From Pseudolabrys sp. (lineage in GTDB: Bacteria > Pseudomonadota > Alphaproteobacteria > Rhizobiales > Xanthobacteraceae), in assembly GCA_051959715.1 (NCBI GenBank), contig JBQCFB010000315.1, positions 1 to 48,793 on the forward strand: a DNA stretch of 48,793 nucleotides, in the 5' to 3' direction. The position numbers and the translations under genes are program-made. A model generated the notes under the pieces. It saw nothing but the letters and a program-made list of their open reading frames with translations, did no database searches and was not told the origin of the DNA. Below, one piece after another: positions 19,083-27,439 of this stretch (position 1 is its first letter; every line of letters begins with the position of its first letter).

Positions 19083-19978
19083 AGCACGATCTCCATGCCA
19101 TCCGCCGCGATTTCGACGCCCGCCGCTTCGACGCGGCGGCGCTCCGGAGAACCGTCGACCAGGATCGGATTGGTGTTGTTGATGTGGATATAGACGCGGC
19201 GGCCGGACAGCTTCGACAGCGCGTCGAGCGAGCCGCCGTCGCCGTCGATCGGCATGTGACCCATGCGCCGGCCGGTCTTGGCGCCCGAGCCGGTGCGGAT
19301 CATCTCGTCGTCGGTGAACAGCGTCCCGTCGAACAGCACGACATCGGCGGCGCCGAGCCGCTTCTCAAGCTCCGGCGTGAGCGATGCGGCGCCGGGGACG
19401 AAGACGAGACGTCGGCCGTTGGCGCTGAGCGCCGCCCCGGTATTGACGCTGCTGTCCTCGGTGCCGGGCTCGCCGCGCTCGAGATAGAGCGGCACCTTGC
19501 CGGGCGTGGCGAACAATTCGATGTCGATGCCGGCGATTGAGAAGGAATGTCCGAGCGCCTCCGGCCGTCGCGCGACGACGTCTTCGGCGAGAACATCGAA
19601 GACCGGATTGGTGGCGAGAATGCCGAGCGTCTGCGCTGTGGCATGCACGGCGAATGGCTGCCGCTCGCGCAGGTGCAGGAGCCCGGCGATCTGGTCGATC
19701 TCCGCGCCGGTCAGCACCACCGCCGCGATCGGGCTGCCGCGCACGCCGGATTTCGGCTGGAGCGCCGGTGTTGCGGCGAGCTGCGCCCGCAGGTCGGGTG
19801 ATGCGTTGAGCAGGATCCAGCGCTCATTGTCGGCCGACACGGCGAGCGCGGCCTGGGTGCGCGGACGCACGCGGGCATCCTTGTCCCAGGCGAGCTGGCA
19901 CACGGCGCAGCGGCAATTCCATTGCGGATAGCCGCCGCCGGCGGCCGAGCCGAGGACGATGGCCGTCAGGCGGCTCAT
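19079..19978 (-). CDS. pqqB: PQQ biosynthesis protein B (metallo-beta-lactamase fold)
   Basis: LGSAAGGGYPQWNCRC, LNASPD, RMGHMP, IHINNTNP. Confidence 0.97.
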   Translation of the reverse strand: MSRLTAIVLGSAAGGGYPQWNCRCAVCQLAWDKDARVRPRTQAALAVSADNERWILLNASPDLRAQLAATPALQPKSGVRGSPIAAVVLTGAEIDQIAGLLHLRERQPFAVHATAQTLGILATNPVFDVLAEDVVARRPEALGHSFSIAGIDIELFATPGKVPLYLERGEPGTEDSSVNTGAALSANGRRLVFVPGAASLTPELEKRLGAADVVLFDGTLFTDDEMIRTGSGAKTGRRMGHMPIDGDGGSLDALSKLSGRRVYIHINNTNPILVDGSPERRRVEAAGVEIAADGMEIVL

Positions 19979-20000
19979 GTTCGTCCCGCGAGGTCCGACA

Positions 20001-20081
20001 TCAGAATCCGGCCGGCGCGCTGAGGGTCGTATCCGGATCGATGCAGACGTGGTCGAGGCTCGGCGTGGTCGACGCCACCAT
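20001..20081 (-). CDS. Diverged PqqA-like peptide (MVASTTPSLDHVCIDPDTTLSAPAGF) lacking the ExxxY core; may be a pseudogene
   Basis: Translated by hand; GGAGGGAG RBS; ends 22 nt before pqqB; gap-free alignment to pqqA with 9/22 identities. Confidence 0.7.
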   Translation of the reverse strand: MVASTTPSLDHVCIDPDTTLSAPAGF

Positions 20082-20216
20082 GGCTCCCTCCGTGCTGCAC
20101 GCGCGCGCGTGCTTTGCGCTCACATGGAATGAACGCGCGCGTGGAACTTCGCCCTGTCGCCTCGCCGAAAACGATAGCGCAACTCTTGCTGGCAGGCCAG
20201 TGCGCGTCGTCCGGCG

Positions 20217-21164
20217 CTAGCGGCGTAAATTGTAATTGATGGGCACGACGATCGAGATCTGCGCTGACCGGATTTCGGGCGGTGGCGGCGGCAGCGGCGC
20301 CGCCCGGGCGATCAGGTCGAGCGTGGCGCGGTCGAGCAGGTCCGAGCCGGAGCTGCGCACGATGCGCGCATTGTGGACCGAGCCTGCGCGGTCGACCGAA
20401 AAGGCGAGCTGCGCCACGCCTTGGACACCCTGCGCCTGCGCCTCGCTCGGATAGCGCTTGTAGCGCTGAAGCCGGGCGACAAGCTCGCTCTTCCAGCTCG
20501 GCACGGCATTGGGATCGTGCGAGGCCGCACCGGGCGAGGGCGCGACCGCGCGCGTCGCGGTGTTCTCGGTCCTCGGCGGCGCGCTGTTGAGGTCGGCGAC
20601 GCGGCGGTGATGGGCGTCTTCCCGGCGCGCCGTTTGTGGGCGCGGCGGCCGCGGCGGCGGCAGCACGACCTCGGTGAGCGCAGGTGGCGTTTCGGCCAGC
20701 GGCGGCGTCTCGACCGGAGGCGGTGGCGGCTCGACCTTGTCGACGGGAGGCTCGTCCTTCGGCGTCGCGATGGCCGCGACCTTGGGCTCGTCCGGTTTCG
20801 GTTCGGGCCTGGTCTCGGGCTGCGGCGTGGACGGCGCCGCCGTCTGTTGCGGGCCGGGCGCGACATTGTCTTCGGGTGCGGCTGGCGCGGCCGCGACCGG
20901 GGCGAGGTCGATGAGGATCGCCGGTCCGCCGGCGACCGGCTCGTCCGGCGTCTGCCAGTCGATGAGCTTCGCCGCCGCGGTCGCATGCACGGCGAGCACG
21001 ACCACGAAGCAGGCGGTCCAGCGCAGCCGGTCCGGCCAGCGCCCGCGCCTGCCGGGACGAGCACGATCATCCGGATGAGAACGATTACCGGGATGAGCAC
21101 CATTACCGGGATGAGCACGATCACCTGGATGAGCACGATGACCGGGATGAGCACGATGACTCAT
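20217..21164 (-). CDS. tonB: Energy transducer TonB with N-terminal His-rich repeats
   Basis: TM helix with His (FVVVLAVH), Pro-rich linker, C-terminal YP..A..QGVQG...SSGSDLLD domain; ATGA overlap with exbD stop. Confidence 0.92.
   Translation of the reverse strand: MSHRAHPGHRAHPGDRAHPGNGAHPGNRSHPDDRARPGRRGRWPDRLRWTACFVVVLAVHATAAAKLIDWQTPDEPVAGGPAILIDLAPVAAAPAAPEDNVAPGPQQTAAPSTPQPETRPEPKPDEPKVAAIATPKDEPPVDKVEPPPPPVETPPLAETPPALTEVVLPPPRPPRPQTARREDAHHRRVADLNSAPPRTENTATRAVAPSPGAASHDPNAVPSWKSELVARLQRYKRYPSEAQAQGVQGVAQLAFSVDRAGSVHNARIVRSSGSDLLDRATLDLIARAAPLPPPPPEIRSAQISIVVPINYNLRR
21051..21158 (-). repeat. 18-bp tandem repeat x6 encoding HRAHPG-like hexapeptides
   Basis: Unit approx. CATCGTGCTCATCCCGGT; peptides HRAHPG HRAHPG DRAHPG NGAHPG NRSHPD DRARPG. 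Confidence 0.9.
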
Positions 21165-21589
21165 GGTTCGGTCTTGTCCGCCTCGAGCCCGACGAGCGCG
21201 ACGTGCAGGTAGCCGGCGCTACGCAGGTCGTTCATCAGGCCCATCAGCTCGCCATAAGGCACCGCCTTGTCGGCGCGAAGGAAGACGCGCTGGCTGCGGT
21301 CGCCGCCGGTCGTACGGTCGAGCGCGGCGGCGAGGTCACCGCGGGCGACGCTGTCGTCATCGACGCGCAGGCTGAGGTCGGACTGGAGCGTCAGGAACAA
21401 GGGCTTGTCGGGCCGTTCCGGCGAAACGGCGTTCGACGCCGGCAGGTCGACGGCGCTGTCGACGGTCGCGAGCGGCGCCGCGATCATGAAGATGATCAGC
21501 AGCACCAGGATCACGTCGATGAAGGGCGTGACGTTGATCTCGTGCAGTTCGCCGAGTTCTTCGCTGCCGTGGTCCAGACGCACGCGCAT
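21161..21589 (-). CDS. exbD: Biopolymer transport protein ExbD
   Basis: EINVTPFIDVILVLLIIFM, LRADKAVPYG. Confidence 0.95.
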   Translation of the reverse strand: MRVRLDHGSEELGELHEINVTPFIDVILVLLIIFMIAAPLATVDSAVDLPASNAVSPERPDKPLFLTLQSDLSLRVDDDSVARGDLAAALDRTTGGDRSQRVFLRADKAVPYGELMGLMNDLRSAGYLHVALVGLEADKTEP

Positions 21590-21599
21590 CGCGCCGCAC

Positions 21600-22568
21600 C
21601 TATTCGGCTGCGCTGATGCTGCGCCGGCGCTCGCCGGCACGGGCTTCGAACATGCCGCGGTCGAGATCGCGGCTCACGAGCCGCAGAACGGCCGCGGCCG
21701 CATCGGCATGAAGCGCCCGGTAGCCGGCGTTCCAGCGCGAGAAGACATTATACATGACGACGGCCGGGATCGCGGCGACGAGACCGAGGGCGGTCGCAAG
21801 CAGCGCTTCGGCGATGCCCGGCGCGACCACGGCGAGATTCGTCGTGTGTTGCTTCGAGATGCCGATGAAGCTGTTCATGATGCCCCAGACGGTGCCGAAC
21901 AGGCCGACGAAGGGCGCGGTCGCGCCGACGGTCGCCAACACGCCGGTGCCGCGGATCATGCGCCGCGCGGCGCCCGCCTCGAGCCGTTCGAGGCGCGAGG
22001 CGATGCGCTCCTTCAGGCCGTCGGCATTGTGCGCGCCGGCCGAAAGCCGCAGTTCCTCGTCGGTCGCGCGCACCAGTGCTCCGGCTTCGCGATTGACCGA
22101 AAGCAATTCGGTCACCTCGGCGAAACCACGCGCACGATCGAGAATTTCGATCGCACGGCGCAGCGTGCGCCGCGCGAGCAGGAGCTCCAGCGATTTCGCG
22201 AGCCAGATCGTCCAGGTCAGGACCGAGGCGAGGGCAAGGCCGATCATCACGGCTTTGACGACGGCGTCGGCCGACAGGAACATGCCCCATGGCGAGAGAT
22301 CGTGCGGCAACTTGAAGCGCAAGGCGGTCGCGGACGGCGTCGCCGGCGGATCGGCTGGTGCAAGCGCGGCAGGTGGCGACGGATTGGTCGCGGGGGCCGG
22401 CAAAGCCTGGACCGGGTTGGGCGCGGCTGCGGCGGGAGCGGCCTGCGGAGCGGCCGCCACAGGTGATTGCACCGGCGCCTGCGCCCGTGCCGTGCCCGTC
22501 AAAGCCAATGCGAGAACGAGAGCGGCCGCCGCCCGCGGCAACCGCTGTGACCATACGCTAAAACGCAT
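21600..22568 (-). CDS. exbB: TonB-system energizer ExbB (start approximate)
   Basis: [45 protein letters not shown]; signal-like N-terminus. Confidence 0.93.
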   Translation of the reverse strand: MRFSVWSQRLPRAAAALVLALALTGTARAQAPVQSPVAAAPQAAPAAAAPNPVQALPAPATNPSPPAALAPADPPATPSATALRFKLPHDLSPWGMFLSADAVVKAVMIGLALASVLTWTIWLAKSLELLLARRTLRRAIEILDRARGFAEVTELLSVNREAGALVRATDEELRLSAGAHNADGLKERIASRLERLEAGAARRMIRGTGVLATVGATAPFVGLFGTVWGIMNSFIGISKQHTTNLAVVAPGIAEALLATALGLVAAIPAVVMYNVFSRWNAGYRALHADAAAAVLRLVSRDLDRGMFEARAGERRRSISAAE

Positions 22569-22851
22569 CTCGCCGACGTGCCTTTCCACCAGTCGCCCTG
22601 GTGCCGCGCCTATTCTGAACCGAATGCGTCCTCCGCGCCACCCGTCCCGGTTCCCGGGGTTTGGCGGTCCGGGAGGCGCGATCGGCACATCAGTAGCGCC
22701 CGATTGTGTCTGCGGCGGGCCGCCGCGTATTGCCCACGCCGCCGGTGGGCGCACCGGCATGCATATGACACCACAGCGGCGGCCGGCTCGTGCCGCAACC
22801 CCATGCGGGAATTGCACTTGTCGCCTCTCCGAGCGCTGGTAAGCTTGAAAT

Positions 22852-22885
22852 TGTAATTCTCTGTTCCGCATCGCAGCGAATTACA
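22852..22885. promoter_or_regulatory. Inverted repeat in exbB/TBDR divergent promoter region; candidate operator or leader hairpin
   Basis: TGTAATTCTCTG-N10-CAGCGAATTACA (11/12 complementary), AT-rich, 32 nt upstream of TBDR ATG. Confidence 0.5.
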
Positions 22886-22917
22886 CGTGCCGTGCGCGTA
22901 CGCGTCGGGGGTACCGG

Positions 22918-25209
22918 ATGTATAAAATCGTACCAGCGACCCTGGTCACGATTGCACTGGCGGTGTCGACGGCGCCGCTCTCGGCTCAGGAAAGCCTGAC
23001 GCTTCCGACCATCGACGTCATCGGCAATACGCCGCTACCGGGATCTGACATCGAACGCGACAGGGTTCCGTCCAACGTCCAGTCGGTCCCGGCGAGCGAG
23101 TTCAGCCACACCGTCGCGCCGAGCGTCACCGATGCGATGATCCGCGCCTTGCCGGGCGTGTCGCGGGGCGACCAGACCGGAAATCCGTTCCAGCCCGACC
23201 TCAATTATCGCGGCTTCACGGCCTCGCCGGTCATCGGCACGCCGCAGGGCGTCGCCGTCTACCAGAACGGCACGCGTATCAACGAGGTGTTCGGCGACAC
23301 CGTGAACTGGGACCTCATCCCTGAGAACGCCATCAACCGCATGACCCTGGCGCCGAGCAATCCGGTCTACGGGCTCAACGCGCTCGGCGGCGCGGTCGCG
23401 ATCGAGATGAAGAACGGCTTCAATTACCAAGGGGCGCAGGGCGAGGTCAGCGGCGGGTCGTATGGCCGCATCGGCGCAGCGGCAGAAGCCGGCGGGCAGA
23501 AAGACAACGTCGCCGCGTTCATCAGCGCCGACGCGGTCAGCGATGACGGCTGGCGCGCCTACTCGTCGTCGTCGCGCCTGCGGCGGATGTATGTCGATAT
23601 CGGCGCCAAAGGCGACATGACCGAGGGCCATGTGTCCTTCACCGCCGCCAGCAACCGCCTCGGCTCGGTGGCCGCGACGCCGGTCGAGATGCTCAATCAG
23701 GATTGGAAGAGCATCTATACCTGGCCGCAGACCACCTATAACCAGCTCGCGTTCCTGCAAGCGAGCCTCGATCACAGGGTGAGCGACACGCTGGCGCTGC
23801 AGGCGAACGCCTATTTCCGCAATTTCCGGCAGAGCCACGTCGACGGCAATACGACCGACGCGCAGTCCTGTGCGGCGCCGGGGCTGCTCTGCTTCGGCGA
23901 CAGCACGACGCCGCTTCTCGATTCATCGGGCAATCAGGTCGCCGACGTCTACGGCGCCAATCTTGGCCAGATTGACCGCACCTGGACGACGTCGAATAGT
24001 TTCGGCGGCACGCTGCAGGCGACCGAGACGTCACGGATCGCCGAGCACGGCAACCATTTCGTGGTCGGTGCAAGCCTCGACCACGGCCGGGTCAAATTCC
24101 AGGGCAACAGCGAGCTCGGCACCATCGACTCCAATCTGTTCGTCAACGGCACCGGCGTCCTCATCCAGGCGCCGTCGGCCGACCTCGCTCCGGTCGACCT
24201 GCGCAGCACCTCCACCTATCTCGGAATCTACGCGACCGACACGTTCGACATCACGTCGCAATTGTCGCTGACGGCCGGCGGGCGCTTCAATTTTGCGCGG
24301 ATCAGGCTCGACGACCAGACCGGCGGGCCGCTGTCGAGCGACAGCCGCTTTTCGCATCTCAATCCGGTCGTCGGACTGACCTACAAGATCACGCCTGACG
24401 TCACCGTCTATGGTGGCTACTCGCAGGCGAACCGCGCGCCGACGCCGCTCGAACTCGGCTGCGCCGACCCGACGCGGCCGTGCCTGATCGACGGATTTCT
24501 CATCTCGGATCCGCCGCTGAAGCAGGTCGTCGCAACGACCTACGAGGCGGGCCTGCGCGGCACGTTCAACCTTGCCGGCACATGGCAGTGGAATCTCGGC
24601 GCCTGGCGCAGCACAAACAAGGACGACATCATCAATGTCGCAAGCCAGGTCAGCGGTTTCGGCTATTTTCTCAATGCCGCCACGACGCGGCGACAGGGCA
24701 TCGAGGCGGGACTGAAATACAAGACCGGGCGATGGGAGGCCTACGCCAACTACACTTATGTCGATGCCACGTTTCAGACCGCGCTCACCCTTGCGTCCCC
24801 GAACAATCCCGCGGCCGACGCCGGTGGCAATATCTTCGTCTCGCCCGGCGACCGCATCCCCTCGATTCCGGCGCATCGCTTCAAGGCCGGCTTCGACTAC
24901 AAGGTGACCGATCCCTGGACGGTCGGCGCCGACCTGAATGTCGTCGGCAGCCAGTACCTGGTCGGCGATCAATCCAACCAGAACCCGCAGGTGCCGGCCT
25001 ACTGGGTCGTCAACCTGCACACTGCCTACCAGGTCACGAAGACCGTCGAGGTGTTCGGCCTGGTGCAGAACCTGTTCAACCAGCACTATTATGTGTCGGG
25101 GGCGTTCTTCGATACCGGCGGGATAGCGGCAAGGACCTTCAGCGATCCCCGCACTTTCGTTCCGGGCATGCCGCTCGCGGCCTATGCCGGCGTGCGGGCC
25201 ACGTTCTAG
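22918..25209 (+). CDS. TonB-dependent outer-membrane receptor
   Basis: Signal peptide, TonB box-like PTIDVIG, plug motifs (YRGF, YGLNALGG), NLFNQHY, C-terminal Phe; 763 aa. Confidence 0.95.
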   Translation: MYKIVPATLVTIALAVSTAPLSAQESLTLPTIDVIGNTPLPGSDIERDRVPSNVQSVPASEFSHTVAPSVTDAMIRALPGVSRGDQTGNPFQPDLNYRGFTASPVIGTPQGVAVYQNGTRINEVFGDTVNWDLIPENAINRMTLAPSNPVYGLNALGGAVAIEMKNGFNYQGAQGEVSGGSYGRIGAAAEAGGQKDNVAAFISADAVSDDGWRAYSSSSRLRRMYVDIGAKGDMTEGHVSFTAASNRLGSVAATPVEMLNQDWKSIYTWPQTTYNQLAFLQASLDHRVSDTLALQANAYFRNFRQSHVDGNTTDAQSCAAPGLLCFGDSTTPLLDSSGNQVADVYGANLGQIDRTWTTSNSFGGTLQATETSRIAEHGNHFVVGASLDHGRVKFQGNSELGTIDSNLFVNGTGVLIQAPSADLAPVDLRSTSTYLGIYATDTFDITSQLSLTAGGRFNFARIRLDDQTGGPLSSDSRFSHLNPVVGLTYKITPDVTVYGGYSQANRAPTPLELGCADPTRPCLIDGFLISDPPLKQVVATTYEAGLRGTFNLAGTWQWNLGAWRSTNKDDIINVASQVSGFGYFLNAATTRRQGIEAGLKYKTGRWEAYANYTYVDATFQTALTLASPNNPAADAGGNIFVSPGDRIPSIPAHRFKAGFDYKVTDPWTVGADLNVVGSQYLVGDQSNQNPQVPAYWVVNLHTAYQVTKTVEVFGLVQNLFNQHYYVSGAFFDTGGIAARTFSDPRTFVPGMPLAAYAGVRATF

Positions 25210-25219
25210 GCGGAAGCGC

Positions 25220-25960
25220 TCAGGAGGTTGCGAGCAATTCGTCGCCGACGACCTCGATCACCTGCGCCGGTACGGTATGCTCATGCGCCGGCAGGCCGAG
25301 ATCGTCGCCGATCAGGCTCATGACCCGCGACAGGCTGCGCCGCGCCATCCAGGTATCGCGGGCAATCGAGAGCAGGGCGGGCACGTCGTGCGGTCGCCGC
25401 ATCAGGGCCCGCGCGACTCCGAGCGGATTGGCGCGACCATCCGGATGCAGGCCCGACAGCGCGGCCTCGGGCACGCGCCGGTGCGCCGGGTCGGCGACGA
25501 TTCGCAGGCAGGCGAAGGGCAGGCCGCGGTCCCGCGCCATCAGTGCGGTAATATGGGATTCCGTGTCGACGGCCAGCGCCCCGGTCGATTCAAAGAGCTC
25601 GCGCTTCTCCTCAGGCTCGATGATGACGCGGTCGGCGCCGAGGATTCGGGCATGGCGGGCGCGGCTGCTGGCCTGCATCAGCCGCTGGGACCAGCGGACG
25701 TCGGTCGGCAGGGCGCCGTGCGGCGTGACGATCTCTGAAGCAACGAGGTGCGAGCCGGTCGGCAGGCTGTGGTCGAGCCCGCCGGCAATTCCGAAGCTGA
25801 TGGCGCCACGGCAGCGCGGGTCGTTGAGCGCCCGCTCCATGGCGGCTTCGGCCTGGGCGCCCCGTCGGCAGAAGACATTGGCGGCTTTACGAGTGCGGGC
25901 GATCCGCGCCTCGAAGGCCAAGCCAACGACGACCAGGATGAAGGAGGGGGTAGGGACCAT
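25220..25960 (-). CDS. Hopanoid-associated phosphorylase-like protein (HpnG-like, PNP/MTA nucleosidase fold)
   Basis: VGLAFEARIA, ISFGIAGGL, AVDTESH, RIVADPAHR motifs. Confidence 0.75.
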   Translation of the reverse strand: MVPTPSFILVVVGLAFEARIARTRKAANVFCRRGAQAEAAMERALNDPRCRGAISFGIAGGLDHSLPTGSHLVASEIVTPHGALPTDVRWSQRLMQASSRARHARILGADRVIIEPEEKRELFESTGALAVDTESHITALMARDRGLPFACLRIVADPAHRRVPEAALSGLHPDGRANPLGVARALMRRPHDVPALLSIARDTWMARRSLSRVMSLIGDDLGLPAHEHTVPAQVIEVVGDELLATS

Positions 25961-26154
25961 TCTGAAGAGCGCTGCGATGAATCCGCCGGCGGCCCCTTTG
26001 TAGCCCCTCGGCAGCCCTTTTGAAACCTCGGGGAATGCCCCGTTTTGGGATTTGCACGGGTTTACCGGGTGATTCGCGTGCTTTTCCTGCCGGGTGTGGC
26101 GGAACGGACGCGCCACCCCGACCGTTCATCTGGCGTCTCCGGAGGAGGACTGGA

Positions 26155-26358
26155 ATGTCGAGCGACCTTGCCGATCGGATTCGAACCGAGATCGCGGCGG
26201 TGCGCGATGAGATCGACGCGGAGCGGGCGCGGGCGAAAAGGCACGTCGACAATGTCGCAGTTGAGTCCGAAATAGCACAACGCCTGCGCGCATTGCGGAC
26301 GCGGCTTGATGAGCTCGAGCGCAATTTGCAGCAGTGCCCGTCATCAAATTCCGCATGA
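26155..26358 (+). CDS. Small coiled-coil hypothetical protein (67 aa)
   Basis: GGAGGAGG RBS; heptad-like helical sequence. Confidence 0.55.
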   Translation: MSSDLADRIRTEIAAVRDEIDAERARAKRHVDNVAVESEIAQRLRALRTRLDELERNLQQCPSSNSA

Positions 26359-26531
26359 ATACGCCGGTTGGAATGTAAAATCGGCGACGTAATCCTCTAC
26401 AATTAAAAATTGAAAACGAAATAGATAATCCAGTTTATGCACCCATCATTATACCATCGCTGCACAGTGGACATCTCATTTGAGATATGCACTATGGCGG
26501 CTCCTTCCATGAATCTGTTGGATTATAAAGA

Positions 26532-26723
26532 ATGGCGAAGAAGCGAAAGAAGCGCGGCTATAAGCGCTGGACTGATGCCGATCTCAAGGCGCTGAAGAAG
26601 CATTCGAAGGACAAGACCCCGGTGGCAAAGGTCGCCCGGATGTTCAAGCGCACCGAAGCGACCATTCGCATGAAGGCCTACTCGCTCGGCCTCTCGATGG
26701 GACATCGTCGCCGCCGCGCCTGA
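26532..26723 (+). CDS. Small basic protein, probable HTH DNA-binding (63 aa)
   Basis: WTDADLKALK...VARMFKRTEATIRMKAYSLG pattern; own terminator. Confidence 0.75.
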   Translation: MAKKRKKRGYKRWTDADLKALKKHSKDKTPVAKVARMFKRTEATIRMKAYSLGLSMGHRRRRA

Positions 26724-26743
26724 GGCGTTGCATATTCGGATAG

Positions 26744-26785
26744 ATGATCTGGCCGCGCCCGTATGGCGCGGCCAGATCATTTTTT
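26744..26785 (+). terminator. Intrinsic terminator
   Basis: Perfect 16-bp stem ATGATCTGGCCGCGCC/GGCGCGGCCAGATCAT followed by T tract. Confidence 0.85.
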
Positions 26786-26853
26786 GCGTCTTTGCGGTGT
26801 CCATAACCGGCGAAGTGCCGGCATGGTCGATAGCCGGACAAGGGCCGGCGGAA

Positions 26854-26979
26854 TCAATGCCCGGCCGAAGGCCGGCGCGCCGCGCAAATGACGATGCCGA
26901 GCATCAGCGCGTACAGGAACGGCGTGAAGATCCAGCCGGCGATCCTGCGGGCGAGCGAAGTTTGGTGTCGGTCGTGCAT
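26854..26979 (-). CDS. Possible small membrane protein (41 aa)
   Basis: Single hydrophobic stretch WIFTPFLYALMLGIVICA; weak RBS. Confidence 0.3.
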   Translation of the reverse strand: MHDRHQTSLARRIAGWIFTPFLYALMLGIVICAARRPSAGH

Positions 26980-27116
26980 CGGTACAATCCCGGAAGGTGG
27001 CCCGCTGCGTCCGGAAGCGCCGTCGCCGTGCGCGCCTGACGTGCGGATCGTTGTCTTGTCCGGAAAACGCGTGACTGGAACACGGCGTTCCGGATACCGC
27101 CTCACAAACCGATCAC

Positions 27117-27335
27117 CTATTTGGCAACGGCGGCGCCGGTCGTCGCCGCGAGGGACGTGCCGCCGGTCAGGCTGAAGAGGTGGTCGTCGAGGTTTTGCCG
27201 CAATACGAAAACTGCGGTGGCCGCGGTCATCAGCACGACGATGCTGACATAGGCGCCGAAGCGGTCGAGCGCAGGGACCGTCATTCCGCGGTCACCGGAA
27301 GCATCATGTGCGGTGCCGGATAGACGTACGGTCAT
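27117..27335 (-). CDS. Small single-TM hypothetical protein (72 aa)
   Basis: AGGAGG RBS before ATG 27335; hydrophobic AYVSIVVLMTAATAVFVL. Confidence 0.5.
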   Translation of the reverse strand: MTVRLSGTAHDASGDRGMTVPALDRFGAYVSIVVLMTAATAVFVLRQNLDDHLFSLTGGTSLAATTGAAVAK

Positions 27336-27439
27336 CGAGACCTCCTGCCTGGCTGTGGAGGGAGGAACGCGGTCGCCGCATGGGCTGTTCCAGAGGCCGA
27401 GGACTTGCTATTCGGTCCGGTAGTTCGAGACCTCACCCC

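Noticed and set aside
20097-20143. Alternating GC palindromes upstream of the PqqA-like ORF
   Set aside because: Low-complexity CG runs are self-complementary by nature; not enough to call a regulatory structure
20312-21154. Alternative-frame ORF beginning with very hydrophobic MLIPVIVLIQVIVLIPV..., suggesting a frameshifted TonB anchor
   Set aside because: It is the 18-bp repeat read in another frame; TonB has its own His-containing TM in frame and a start coupled to exbD
21051-21158. CRISPR array
   Set aside because: Contiguous 18-bp units without spacers, inside a CDS, and no cas genes
22569-22917. Cobalamin or other riboswitch ahead of the TBDR
   Set aside because: No B12-box or other aptamer core recognised by eye; an Rfam cmscan would settle it
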